From contig OZ024745.1 in NCBI GenBank assembly GCA_964016885.1, positions 56,854,001-56,918,000 of the forward strand: a stretch of 64,000 nt of DNA, written 5' to 3'. Below the pieces are notes generated by a model. The model had not been told where the DNA came from and ran no database searches. It saw nothing but the letters and a program-made list of their open reading frames with translations. Source of the stretch: Eledone cirrhosa (Eukaryota). Positions 41,902 to 56,724 of the stretch are shown one piece after another. The translations under genes and the position numbers were made by a program. Within the stretch, counting starts at the first letter, position 1. Every line of letters starts with the position of its first letter.

Positions 41902-41915
<14 letters not shown>
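41259..41915. mobile_element. family D long fold-back with nested perfect palindrome
   Basis: 41259-41433 is complementary to ~41645-41810; 62-bp perfect palindrome at 41438-41499; tail to ~41915. Confidence 0.85.
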
Positions 41916-41932
<17 letters not shown>

Positions 41933-42427
41933 TTCGTCAACATATACAGCTCCATATGCAAATGAGGCTAACCAACCAAACTGCCCAGGCGAAAAAAACT
42001 ATATATTTTCGTCTGATTCAAGTACCAGCAGAGATCAGTGGAAGCATGTCCTGGTGATATCTAAAGCTTCATATGCACATAGACAATTGTCCCATACTGC
42101 ATCTGCTGGAACCCACTAGACGGAGCTAGCCGTCAGTATTTCATTATTCATGTTTATTTATTAAACACACCATATATATATACGATATATATGTATATAT
42201 ATATATATGGGAGTGAAAGTGGGTATTTATATGAACAAATATATGTTAACGACAGCTAGGGGAATTGGCAAATCTCATACATATAGCTGGTCATTATCAG
42301 TTATAATATATCTCCAAGCAGTACATTTGTATTATTATGTGTGTTGAACTGTGGAATATATTGTTTGACATTGTATACAACTAAACGTACGTATACTAAT
42401 ATGTACTTGAGGAAATATGATGCAACT

Positions 42428-42480
<53 letters not shown>

Positions 42481-43309
42481 TATATTTTATATATACATAC
42501 ATACAGTGTGCGTTGGTATGTGTTAACTATATATATGTGTGTGTATGTGCATATGTGTGTGGGCACGTGCGTGTAAGTGTTAGTGTGTGTGTTTGTGAGT
42601 GTGTATGAGTATGTGTGCGTGAAAGCACGTTTGTGATAGTAAAACAAAATGGCTACTGAATGTATTTGCATACATGTCAAATGTTTAATGAATCGATCAA
42701 GAAAATCCGGTGCTACAGGTTACTTTTAATATCTTAGTCAAGTTGTTTATTCTAGGTTAAGTGCATATATGTACACATCAGTTATATGAGACAAGCCCAT
42801 CATGTCTCCAATATGTATTTATCTAACTAACAAACCTGACTCTTTATTGGCCAAAGCGTTTCTTGACGCGTATACAATGTATTAACTTTATTACGGTCAT
42901 CGTAGACTGGCTGCATATTCTCAGCGAACCGTAACAGTATTTGATTCTCTTTTGCGGATAAGTGCTGTTTCTCTTTTTCATGTTTCAATACAACACATAT
43001 CATTCCTTTGAAATCTATTAATGTAGCTACATCCAGTTTATATTCAGTGTCTCACTCTATATATTTCTTGCTTAATCTCAACCGTTACAATTATGAATGT
43101 CTTTTATTTTCTTTGTTTATTTTGTTCTTTCAATGCTAATAACATATTACATCTCTGCTAAGGAGGATAATGTGGAATTTGGAGTGTAAAGCTTCATGAA
43201 CCATAAACTACCACGGAGAACTAAGAACATGATTGGTTCTAATCTCCTTTTGCTTGAAGGGACCTAAAAAACTGTATTTCTTGACCTCGGAAGCATATAG
43301 ATCGATGAT

Positions 43310-43510
43310 TAACCCGATTTCCGTGGTGTGAAGTGACTTAGAGTACATGATCCCGCTGGACTGTACGCCAGTCCATCGCTTGCTTAAACATTAAAATATT
43401 GCATGTACTAATTGTCAACTGAGTATACTAGAGCAATATGAAATGAAGTGTGTTGCTCAATAATACAACACAGGAATACAGGCCACGAAAATATGATTAT
43501 ATATTCAACA
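43310..43510 (-). mobile_element. old CORE-type SINE remnant
   Basis: ACGCCAGTCCATCGC and GAAATGAAGTGTGTTGCTCAATAATACAAC resemble the reverse-complemented CORE-SINE body. Confidence 0.4.
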
Positions 43511-44387
43511 ACCTTACCACTTATTTTCCTCTTCCGGCGGAATGAATGCCACTTTTGTTATCGATGGAATTTCAACGCGGAATTATATAGTAAATGTAAT
43601 GTCATCCGATGATCAAACGATCTCTCTGAATCCGCCATATAATCTATTAGACGGAATAATACTCATGCAGCTCCAATGGAAGCTTAATTTTAATTTATTA
43701 CAGGCTTAACTTTCCAGTTCTACCTCTGGACAGTATTTTATATTTGCACTTGAATCATTAGCCTCTCGACTACACATATAGCAAGGACACTCTTCACGTA
43801 TCAACATTAACTCTTGACATTTATCATATCATTTTATCACAAAAGATACGAAAATCCATTCTTGATTAATATACCATGCCCTATAGTATTACTCTGTAGT
43901 TACTTCAAAGATATCTTTGACCTTATGCAATCATACGAATTAATATCAAGATTATCGATTAATATATACAGTTTAAGAAGAGGCGGGTTAGCTCTGTTAT
44001 AAGGACGTAGCTTAGTAATTCAACAGGGGAATAGATTGGGACAGTTTGCAAAGTAGCGTGTAACATAAGTCACCGTTGGATTTTAATATACACATTTTCA
44101 CATGAAACTCTGCAAAAATATATGACGCCTTTCATTCTTTCGGATTTTAAACAAATTGAATAGTATAGATATATTTAATATATCCTAGGCCACCCTAAAT
44201 ATGTATCATTGTTTCTAAGTTAGAAATCAATAATTTTGATGAGGGAAATGTAGAACTTCGGAGGTTATTTATTCTCTGTCCATATTATGTTTAATTTAAT
44301 AATGTTCCATCACGATTCGGGATTGCATTTCGAGGTCTACGCCTATATAATTGATCACTTAGTTTTTATAAACTGTGCCCCACTTTG

Positions 44388-44437
<50 letters not shown>

Positions 44438-45659
44438 CATACATATATATAAACAATGAGTTATATCGTTAGGTGATGAATATTCAACAGAGTTATGTTC
44501 ATAAAAGTAATGAAGCACTCTACAGAAAAACTTTTTTCTGGAGTATTATAATATTATATTATTAATAGTAATAAATGGAAAAATTTCACTAAAGCAAAAT
44601 ATTTATTTTATTATACGTATTTCAAGAATACCAATATATATATATGTGGAGGGCGATGTTTTTAACCAGATTATTGGTGATGTTTCTAGGATTGTTAGAG
44701 CGGCGGTGGATGTAGTGCAGGTTGATATATATATATATATGAGTGTCGTGTTGTTTAGATTTATTGTAATATGTAGTTCTTTTTGTAAACTTCTCTGATT
44801 TGTTTCTTTCTGATGTATTTCTGGTTAGTATCAGAGTGAATACTTTAATCGTGTTGTTTACTGTAATTGTCAATATATATTTAAGTAGATATATCTGTTG
44901 CGGCCCTAATTTCGTTCTGGTTTTCGATTTCTCAAGTTATTGGTTAGGTTTGTTTGGAGTGGTGGAGTACTTGTAAATATTGGGCGGGATCTTAGTTTGA
45001 TGTAATTATATTTCTTTGCGTTTATTTGTTCCTTAAAAAGGTTGATAAATTCCCGTATATTTTAGATTAGGTTAATTGCATAATTACAGGGTTTCAGTTT
45101 AGACGATTTGGCTTTCTTATTGTTAATCATGCGGTATATTTTACTGAGTGTCTCAGTGTTGGCACATATTTCCCGAGAGTTTGATTCAGTGTTTGGTCGA
45201 TTTTGGAATGGGTGAACTGTCAGTAAAGTAATGCTGAAGTTGGATGTAATTGCTATGCGTTTAGTGTTTATGTTTTTCTATATCTTTTGGCAAGTATTGC
45301 TGTATCGGTTCTTATGATTTAGTGTATGTTTTTATGATTCTCCATATTATGTGTGGGAGCAATGTGTATAATGTGATGAGGTTGTGTTCACTGCATCGCA
45401 ATATTGAAAACACCTAATATCAGGCCGCAGCTTAATGACATTTTCTGCGCACATACCAGTTATATGGGCAGGATTGGCGTTTTTTTTAATGCTGGGATTG
45501 TTCGTTTATGATATGCGACGGGTACGATTGGTTATAATTCAGTTCTATTTAGGTTTGTATTTGGTTGTGTGAGGTGTTATGGAATACATTTGTTTGAGAG
45601 CGCCCATAGTGTTAATCTATTTTCGATTTCTTTGCATTTAATTTAGTGCAAATAACAGT

Positions 45660-45784
<125 letters not shown>

Positions 45785-46252
45785 ATAGAGAGATATATAT
45801 ATAGATACATATATATATATATATATACTTACGATAATCATGTTGACTAATCGGGGTTGCGTATGCAATGCACCAATCGGTGAATAATGATATGCAATTT
45901 GCTTTAAGCACTCAACGTCTTGTTTTCTTACCAAATATGTTTTGTCAGTTAGTGGCGGAATATATGTAGATTAAGGAGAATGGGAAGTGCGGTGTAGATC
46001 TTAGAAGTCCCTTATTAACAAAGCTCTGATACATATTTCAATGACGATCAATTGTTCAATTATACAACCAGTCACGCGATATGATCACACTACGTCTTAT
46101 GTAATGAAGTTCCGTTTCCTAGGTAATCCAATTTAAAGATAAGGGAGATGACAGGATTGATGTTTTCATTGCTGAATTCAAAGTGAACGGACTTCAGCTA
46201 TGAAAACACACTTTTTCAGTTCCTTTGTTCGGAAAAGTAACTTTATTACATA

Positions 46253-46308
46253 GGCTGATGTCTGATGATATAGCGTGACTGGGTGTATTATTGAAAAATC
46301 ACATAGCC
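46253..46308 (+). ncRNA. minimal hammerhead-like motif (family G)
   Basis: GGCT-G-ATGT-CTGATGA(46262-68)-T-ATAG..TTAT-T-GAAA-AA-TC|ACAT-AGCC; 8-bp bulged stem I; ~40 nt upstream of a (TA)n junction. Confidence 0.55.
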
Positions 46309-46423
46309 ATTCTCGTCACTGAAATAAGTACTACGCATTTTCCCTATATATATATATATGGAAAATGCGATGTTGAGTGTAGATTGTTAAAATGCTTTAA
46401 CAGAGATGTAGTACTTATTTCAA

Positions 46424-46503
<80 letters not shown>

Positions 46504-46570
46504 AGACACATACACACACAGACACATATATATATATAATATATATATATATAATATATATATATATATA

Positions 46571-47245
46571 TTCCTGCCAGATTGTTGAACGTCTGAAAGT
46601 ATATACTTTCCTTATGGATATGAACGGCTGAGCAGCCTAATTTGCATATCGAGTGAGTTCAGTCAGCCGGGCACACCGAAAACGATAAATGGAATAGAAT
46701 GAAACGAAATTTCATTTCTCACTCTTAGTACAGCACTTACTTAAATGTAAGTATGGATGTATGTATACGTTCATACATATATGTATACAGACGTACAGTA
46801 GTATGTATATATATATACACACATGCACACATATACATATATGCACGTATCGGTTTACCGAACATTTATTATAATGCTCGGTTTGTTTGTTTGTAAACAA
46901 ACAAACAGCCCGAATTACGCGGTACAGTGTTTAGGCAACCACGTCACCTTTTTGTTCAACACTGACACAGGAACGATGTACTAGTTTCAAGTTTATTAGC
47001 TATCGTCAGCATCGTATACCTTCTTGCCAGATGGTTGAACGTCTGAAAGTATATACTTTCCTTATGCATATTAACGGCTGAGCAGCCTAATTTGCATATC
47101 GAGTGAGTTCAGTCGGTTGGGCGCACCGAAAGCGATAAATGGAATAGAATGAAACGAAATTTCATTTCTCAATCTTAGTATGGCACTTAGTTAAATGTAA
47201 GTATGTATACGTACATACATATATGTATACAGACGTACATACATA
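46571..47245 (-). mobile_element. family I non-coding partial-tandem element (period 450 bp) in (TA)n
   Basis: 46571-46800 is repeated at 47021-47245; the spacer contains a hammerhead. Confidence 0.8.
46973..47015 (-). ncRNA. minimal type I hammerhead motif with palindromic stem III (family I)
   Basis: Minus strand ACGATG-CTGACGA-TAGCTAATAAACTT-GAAA-CTAG-TA|CATCGT; perfect 6-bp stem I, ACTAGT palindrome, weak stem II. Confidence 0.75.
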
Positions 47246-47288
<43 letters not shown>

Positions 47289-48316
47289 CTCTCGCTATAT
47301 ATATATGCATAATCACTTACATAGATGAGAAGTGTAAGTTGAAACTAATTTTCGTGAGATAAAAATTCTATCTAAGATCGATGTCAATAAGGTTTGTATA
47401 CTTTTGTAGTTTTAATATAAATGCACTTGCCTACATTTGAAAGCTTATTAGGCAGGCATTTTTACATTGATCATTAACAACATAGGTGAATAGAAAGGGT
47501 TACAGTAGCAAATTGGATTCCGTGTTATCATCACCATATTCTGACATACCAAAAATATTTCTTTATATCGAAAGCAGACTTTTCCTTGTAACATCCGCAA
47601 GGTTTTGATCTACTTTCTATCCTACCATATTAAATTACGTGAGACTTTTCATGATACAATTACATTTATTACATTTACAGTTCATTTAGAAAAGATTTGC
47701 TTTATCTTTCTTCTGCCTTCCTGCAGGATTTGCCTCGATTCAAAGTGAAACAAAAAAAACAATTTTATCTCTCGATCACTCGTTTCCCCCAAACGTAATG
47801 AATGCATGCTTTACTTTCTATTTATCTATTGATTTGTTGTTATTCTGCCTTTTTTTAGATTGTTTCTCTGTGTATGAGTGACCTATTTCTGTTGTACTCT
47901 GCCGGCAGTGTATAATTTCTAATATTCTTATAGAGTATTATAGCATATTAGTTGTAAAATAATGAAAGCTAGGCGGGCGGACAACTTTGGAAACAACGGA
48001 AAATACTGTCTCGGATATCTATTACATTTCCTGTCCTTAATATATGTGAGAGATAGAGGATGAGGGGGACAAAGAAGAAGGCATCTTAGAGAAACACAAA
48101 TAGTTTGAGGAAAAGAGAAAATTAACAATAAGTAAGGATTTCTTTGACTCGATTGAATCCAGGAACGAAAGAGAAAAAAAATGAAGAGTATTTTCAACTA
48201 TCATTTTCGTTTTTCCATTATGCGCGAATAAAAGGAATATTAATCCACGGATACTCAACATAGAACTCAACAACAAAAATATTTGTCCGAACCATAATAT
48301 ATATTTGTCTGTGTTT

Positions 48317-48430
48317 GTATGTATGTATGTATGTATGTATGTATGTATGTATGTATGTATGTATGTATGTATGTTTCTATGTATATATGTACGTGTGTAT
48401 GTATGTATGTATGTATGTATGTATGTATGT
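48317..48430. repeat. (TATG)n microsatellite
   Basis: Directly visible. Confidence 0.95.
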
Positions 48431-49368
48431 GGGTATGTGTGTATGTATGCATGTGTATGTGATGTGTATGCCTGTGCACATGAATGTATGTGCATGAGTG
48501 AGTGTGTATGTATGGAAGGTGGTGAATTTGCAGACGCCTTGTGCTATTTTTTCCGACTTCCTGCGCTCTGTGTTCAAATACCATCCAATTCAACATTGGT
48601 TTGCCCAACATTATAAGAGCCTCTCTTTTTATTTTTTACATTCTTTTCGCAACTGCGATGACATAAATCAAGAATTATATTGGCTATCTCTTTCAACTTG
48701 GGCAACGTCGGTGGTGGATAGCGTGCAGAATTGCTTATATAGGAATGCACATACCTGTTCATTGAAAACGACCTATAGATCTATGTTACATTATGACAAG
48801 AGAAACAAGTGGAACAAAAGCAATATAGTAAAATACAAAAACGAAACCAATTGTATTATAAATAGGGCATGATGTTGGGGATTTCGAGTAAATTATATTA
48901 AACTCTATCACATCATTGAATGGTGTCCTTGCTTTTATATATTTAACCATTGAGCATGCTATATAAGTATACATTTACATATAAATTATAACATTTGTTG
49001 AGATTTGGAATATCGGATTAAATAACGTGCCTTATTTACTTTCTATGATCGAATTCGGTCGGAGCTACTTTTTCGTTCATATATTTGCTGATAATGAGGT
49101 GATATGGATAGGCCTCATTAATTGAACTGAACACTGACTTTTTGTCGTATTTAACATTATATATGTCCTCGTGAGTTATGTGTCGGTATGTAGGTCTGTG
49201 TTTAATTGTGTATGCTTGCACCTGTATCGGATAAACTATGTTAAGCAAGAAATGAAAACGTTTATACTCATGTAAACTATCTAGTCATCAGCTTCAACAT
49301 AAACACCACCACAATCATCACAACAAAAACTACAACGTAACTCTAACATCATTATTTTCTTATATCTA

Positions 49369-49556
49369 GTGGTGGATTGGCAGTATCGGTAGAGGATCGG
49401 ACACTATGCTTTGACGCATAGAGTTACGGCCCTTGCCATTCTGATTTCAAATCCCCCGAAGTTAACTTTGTCTTTCATCCTTACGGGGGTCGATAAAATA
49501 AAGTACCAGTAATACACTGGGATAATTGCTGGCCTTGTGCGAAAAGTAGAAACAAT
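49369..49556 (+). mobile_element. Meta-domain SINE with 17-bp TSD
   Basis: ATTATTTTCTTATATCT at 49351-49367 and 49555-49571. Confidence 0.92.
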
Positions 49557-50951
49557 TATTTTCTTATATCTTTTTCTCTTAGGAAATCAAGCGCCCTTCC
49601 TGGAAATAGCAAAACAGAAGTGTAAAAAAAATGAATATATGCAATGAAAAATTGCAAAAAAAAAAACACACAAGTTTGTGTTTTGGATAAGTTCGTCCCC
49701 GGATGAAAGTGATAATGACATGTATGAACTGAGCACGTGTAGAAGAGTGAAAACAAGTTAATAATAAATTATAAATAACCAGTTATCTCTGTGACATTTT
49801 AAATTATCTAACTTTATGACAATTCTATACACTTTTTTTTTTATCCTGAAGACACTCCTAAACCGACACATCTCCATCAATTTATTAAAGACGAGTTTTA
49901 TCACGGTAACTCTCGTTCTCCAAATGTTACATATATAAACACTCGAAAGTAATTATCATAGGATAAATATCTTTACAAATATATAGAAAAAACATAACGA
50001 ATGTAATACTTTTGCGGTTACCATTGTTGGTATATTAGATGAATTTTCCTCATCTTCAATTGCGAGGAATTTCGGTGGGCCACAAAATCAAAACTTGATT
50101 TCTTTTCCGAACACAGTAACTATTCTTATTCAATGTACCCGCCCCACCTGAAAGATCTATGATAGACTTGTAAAATATCGATAAATAGCGGACTGCAGTA
50201 GGGACAACGCAGTCTAGTATTTTTTAATAGCACGGATTCAATATCAGAATTATGAACAACACACGACTAAAACTTATATAGCTTACGTTACTTAGATCTC
50301 ACTTACATTAATGGGATTCCTTGTGAAAGGATATCTATACCATATTGAAAAGTATATCCTAAAAGTATAAGCTTCACTTATGAGACGGAAACCAATTCAA
50401 CTTGGAAAGAAATCTGACTCAAAAATGTACAAGCATACGCTGTATGAGAGGACTGCTGATAGAATATTTTAAAAGGTGCAACTGTTATATGGATGTGCAA
50501 ACACGAATACATACACTCGCAAATTGGTAACCCTGATACATTTAATTTCATGGAAATTTGCCTGCTTTCTTTGGAATATCACAAGATGGTATTCTCTCAC
50601 ATAAAGAATGAAACATTATAAAATATAATCCTGGTCACGAATTACGGCTTCCCAGCTAGAATGACATGGGGCTAAACAACACCTATAACAGAAACACATA
50701 ATAGACAAAATCAAATATGCCGTGAGTCTGAACTCCCCCTGGACAACAAACCCTAATCCAGCGATGAATCATTAATCCCTCGCAACTAACCTTCTGAATA
50801 ATTAAGAACTGAATTGTATTCTTCTTGCATGTCATGATATCGCAGATGGATTCAGATCATATTCATATTCAAGTAAGAGTCATTGTGTTTTTTGTGGGTG
50901 TGTAAGCGGCAGGCATAAGTTATCAAGGACTACAGTATCTAACGTTTCCTA

Positions 50952-51050
<99 letters not shown>

Positions 51051-54000
51051 TTGCACGCTAAACTATTTAAAGCGAATGACTTTCAAATATCAAATACATG
51101 CTCTATGAAGCATTGAATGCCATTAATGATAGCAAATGGCGGGGCATTGAAGATATACAAATGTATAGATTAAAAATACAACTATGAAGGTTCGCATGTC
51201 CACGATGAATTGATAGAGTATGAAATATACCTATAGAAACGGCCATTGATAAAAGCCGAAACCAAACGAATGAAAACAAAACAAAACAAAACAGAAACAA
51301 GGGTGATAAAGAAGACATTCCTAAAGAAACTATTCCACCATAAGGTATTCAGAAATAAATCGGGAGATTAACTATCTAAACAGTTAATTATCTACAAAAT
51401 AGTAAATATCTGTATTACGATCAGGAAAGTTTTTTGTTTTTTTTGTTTCTTATACACAGACGTTAAAAATAGAATTTTATGAATTCGGAGCGAATATGAT
51501 GTTGAAATAAATATATTTGAAAACAATATTCAGACAAATATACTATCGCTATTATTACATTCCTGTAGCTATAACGATAAACCATATCTGTAAATATATA
51601 TATATATAACAGACTATACGGAAAATATACTAAAATAACTATAACTTGATATTTCTATTTATAATCCTCCTTTTTTCTGAGAGTACCGATTCAGTATTAT
51701 TATCAGAAGCAAAATATTATGACCTACATTTATGCAATGTAATATCACTAAATTCTCTTAGGAATCAAACCATTTTCTGCTTTTTATGTGTACTGAACTC
51801 GAAGAAAATCAAATTACACACATTAGTTGATTTATTATTAATATTGCCATCTTAGAGTAACTGAGAATATTTTGTTAGATTCTAAAACACAGTTTGTTAG
51901 CCTCCCTACTTACACACACTTTTAACTGATATCCTTTCAACCATACCTCTCTAAAATAAATATACAGCGTAACCATTCAGTGGCTAACTTAGACATATTA
52001 GATTGTGTAAAAACGGATATATCATTGCAATGAAAGTAAACTGTGTTTGCAAAAATTGTTCCCACGATATGTTTTCCATGCCTTGTTTTTTGTTTTCTAT
52101 TTATTCATTTATCTACTAATTTACATATAGCAAATCTAAAACAAAAATATATGTCATATTTATACATTGTCACCCAAATACATACACACGTATGTTTATG
52201 TAAATATTTTTATAAGCATTTACTTACGGGTGTGCCTCTGTTTATATATAAGAGTAGTTAATATGAATCATTGTGAGATACCTAATAGATTAATTGTTTC
52301 ATAAATACTTTGATATATACTTTGAAACCCTATTTTTGTCAATGAATTTTCTTTTCTCATCGTCTAAGAAAGAACAGTGCTCAAAACCCCTGAATCTCTC
52401 GAAGGAAACAAATGCTAAAAACTTCACAAACAAATATGACTCATTGTTGTTTGCTTAGATCATTTAATTAAAAACTATATATTGAACTTCGTATTAGGTT
52501 AAATCACATCTCCCTTGACAATTTCAAAAATCTGCCGCTTTTGACGCTTGGTGTAATTCTGACCATCTTGGAATACATTCTCTATCTTCAGCAACACGGA
52601 AACTGTTTCCAATTCTACTGCTTTAAGTATTAATTTTTTTTCGTATTATTATTCCTCGTTTACCGTTTATGAGATATATTTTAAGTCAATAGGTATATAA
52701 ATACTTTGAAAACCGTCGTATAACACACATCTTTCACACCATACCTTTCTAGATAAAAATCTATTTTCAATTAGTTATGTTATTATTTATGTCCGTACGT
52801 ATTATCGTGTCTGTTCCATCTATACGCCATCTCTCCTTTTCTTTTCAACATTAGTGTACCACATTCTACATTAGGCAATGTGGAAATTTTCAGATAGTAA
52901 GGTGGGGATTTGGCTATTGTTTTATTTCTATGAAACAAAGCAAACACAGAGATACGTTCACAGGTTACCCATTTTCCAGACAATCGGTCCTTTTTGATTC
53001 ACTGCCGAATGAAGCCGAAACATACCAGCGTATTATCGCCGGTTATATTCTTATGGGTCCAGATGTGCTTGTTACGTGGAACTGATGAACAGGAGCTTGT
53101 CATACAAAGACAGAATCTAAATTTAGAAAGAACCACAATTCTTCGTTCTTCGCTACGCTAGCAAATGATATGTGACCTAATATTGCTAGAAATATGAATA
53201 TCTCATACAAGCCACATCGATTAAATATTACAAATGTAAGGAAATAGTAAATAACAGCTATGATAATCAATGTGAGAAGTGAAAATATCATTCATCCTGT
53301 CAGTCATATATAATACATCCATCTACCGTGGATACCGATTTCACAAGCGTAATGAAATATGCACTTTTCGGAAAGTAATTCGCTTTCAGTCAAACTATAA
53401 TTTTGATCTTCATCCATCTTGATATTCATTTTTATATTTACTAGCTTCACTCGTTGTATTACATTCATACGTAGCCACTAACATCAGTGCTGTTAGTCAA
53501 TCCTATCCACACTAATACGTTTAGTTGGATGTTACATATTTCATGAATTTCTATCTTGTTCAGCGGCTATTTTGAAAAGATTTATTCTGAAGGCCTCTGT
53601 GCTTAAATGAATAGAAATGATGTCTTATGAAGCTAAAACATCTAGAATTTCTTTTTAACATTAAACTTATTATCCTTTTTTTTTTCTATTTTCTATTGAA
53701 AAAGTTCTATCAAATTTTATCCGTTACGCTTTCCACATGTCAACCCGCAATGCTGGTCTGGTATTAACCAGAATGTGTTATCTACTGAGTTAACTACCCA
53801 ATGACACTATATTCATTCTCATCGTACATTTAACGGCTGATCATGCGATTCGGAAGTTTGCATTGCAATCACATTTCGAAGAAACTTGGAAACGTTTTTA
53901 AAGTAATTTTGAGTAAGCCCTTCTAAATGAAATTGAGTATATATGAATTGTGCGAACGCTGGGTTTGCCAATGGTTGATGGAATCTATAGTATAGTCTGT

Positions 54001-55830
54001 CACCAACATTTCGTGCAAGGGTACAGTGAACTGGGCTTTTTATATGGGTGCTCAACATCAAAGTTTATGTTTGCCTGAGAATGCTTGAGGTCTACATTGT
54101 CTCAATTAGAGGATGTAGTACCTCATACATTCTGAATACTGCCGGGATGCTTCACACGTAACAAAGAGCACATAATCACGATAAAACCCCTTGATAAATG
54201 CCACGACCTCGACATTGAGTTCACTATAGAGGTGAAAAAGTGGAATGTAAGAAATTCAAGATTTAACGAAGCATTAAATATTAACGCCCAGGAAAGACTA
54301 ATGAAAAAGGATGACGCATCGTTTATCGTTTTTCATTTGATGTAATATATTGGATAATAAAACATTATTTCATATGGTGTTATTTGTCATCCTTTACCCA
54401 ACAACCTTACAAAGAGAATATCTTGTGATTGGCATCATTTTTTAAGATAAACAATAACTTTTATTGAATATAGATCCCATTAAAACATCAATAATAATAC
54501 AATACACTATATAGATTAACAAAAACGCAAAAATTCTTAGAAGAATCAGAAATATTTGTATTAGGCACACCCTGACATTATAATTTATTTTCCATATTAT
54601 AATTTTGGTCAAGAAGACAATGGGATAAGCAATATTTACTGCTCCCTATGTTGACACTCTGCACAGTAATATCTTTGAATCTTATCAAATTATGTGGAAA
54701 ATAATATGGCACCTGTTATCTAATGCCAGAATATATTTCAAATAGCATATAGATTTCTGCGGTATAAATGAAAGTTGGTGAAATAAAGGAGATTAAATAT
54801 GAATTAGATTTTGATTACTAATCAAATGGAACCTAGCTAAATGTATGTGCATAAGCGGAAGTACATATTTGTCATCTATTGAGGTGCAGCAGTCTCCATA
54901 TTGGAGACTGGATATTCTGGTAATACAGGAATTATCATCGTAATAAAATAATATAGATTCCTCCACATTTTTTATAAATCTCTTTAAAAAAGTGTACATC
55001 GTAGTTTATTGCAAAAACTATTGGGGTAATTGAATAACCGTTTAGTTTTCCAAATCCTGCTATGTTTTTCTATACGTTGAAAGAAGCTTTGAAAGAAACT
55101 GTAGATTACCTTCTAAAAAATCAACCATTAATATATTTCTATGACTTGTGTTAGTAACTGAGCCAGATTTTGTACACATATTAGAGTATATTGAACTTAC
55201 ACGAATATTTTAAACATTTTAAAACAGCTCGCGTTAGGATTTCGTTGAGGACGCCCGGGTAGTTACAGGAAAAAACTGTAAAACATAGCAGAATATGCAT
55301 GTAGTCGAACTGAAGATTGAACACCCACACACTCAATGTAAACATATATCTTAACATTCAGTATGGTTTAAGATTAAATGCATTCTGCTGTTACTCGCAG
55401 CGTGCTAAGACCAGCGTTCAAAACCCGCTAGGATAACATTTTCCCTTCATTATTTCTATGTTGAGAAATAAATAATGGTGCATGGTGTTGTTAGAGCGTA
55501 TGATGGTAAACATTGTGGTATTATTTTTGCTTCCTGAGTTACATTCATGCATTTTCACAGTTGACTGCATGTGGGCATGATAAATCAGAATTTCCTGTAT
55601 TTAAATCATCAAAAATATGTTTTAGCACATGCCACATTGTAGGTGGCCAGCAAATCATACTTATGTGTGTAAAACAAGCGAACATGCGCGCATACATGCG
55701 GGCACATTCACACACGTAAGCACACTTACGCACTTACACACCCCCACCTGCATACAAGCGCGCGCGTACACGCACACACACACACATATATATATATATG
55801 TATATATGTATGTATATATGTATGTATATA

Positions 55831-56428
55831 TGTCAGGTCACCAGTTGGTGATACTGGTAACATGTATCCCAGTACAACCTGTCTCATGGTCGGGTTGTTG
55901 GTGACTAAACTGGCAACCCCACCAAGGTTTCTTGGTGAGGAGGGTGACTTTGGACATCCTGCAGGACTTAAAACAAAACCTGTCAAAAGGCAAAGGAGCT
56001 CTTAAGAGTCAAAGGCCATCCAAAATCACCGGGAGAGATGACCCCTTCGCCTTTGTCAAGGCAGAATTCTAGGAGAAGGAAAACTCTTATATAACACCTG
56101 CAACCCTGATGGTATCCAATGATGTTGACTTGTTCTTCTTTTTGGTAAATATCATCTTGGTTAAGAGAGTGGGACTGGCTTTGTGCAGTGCCTTTGCTCA
56201 CTATAAAAGCTTCACCGCACAGGCATTGCTTTATATCTGGAGATCTCTCTGCACTTGTCGTCACATGGTACCATTGGCCCAGCATTATGTGTCAGTAAGT
56301 GTAGTGTTTGTACCAGAGTTTTCAAGTCGCTGACTGGATTAACATGTCAAACTCGTTCAGAGGATCGGTCGGGGTTCTTCTATATGGATATAAAGTAGTG
56401 GCCGTACTCGAAAACGAGTTGGCAGCCA

Positions 56429-56431
<3 letters not shown>
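55831..56431. mobile_element. 601-bp TG...CA repeat with TATA flanks (solo-LTR-like)
   Basis: Second copy of 33475-34084 with the same ends. Confidence 0.6.
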
Positions 56432-56460
<29 letters not shown>

Positions 56461-56462
<2 letters not shown>

Positions 56463-56647
56463 TACCAAACCAACTTCTAAAATGGAAGTTGATCAACATT
56501 TATGGTACGTCAAATTTATTTATAAAACTGCTTATATATTGTATTTTATCTGAAGAAGGCATGCCATAGTTTTAATATGGTATCCCTGAAATATGTATAA
56601 TGAAATAGATATGGTTTTATAAATATAGTTTCCATTTGTTTAATATC

Positions 56648-56648
<1 letters not shown>
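56461..56648 (+). mobile_element. family E variant terminal fragment with hammerhead-like motif
   Basis: CTGAAGA(56550-56)-AGG.ATGCCATA/TATGGTAT.CCT-GAAA-TATG-TA; downstream matches 36070-36125. Confidence 0.75.
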
Positions 56649-56710
<62 letters not shown>

Positions 56711-56724
56711 AATATATATATATA

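Noticed and set aside
49560-55500. Repeat-poor stretch searched for host exons (short ORFs at 52783, 53819, 54793)
   Set aside because: No recognisable domain or convincing splice pair; small exons cannot be excluded without RNA-seq.
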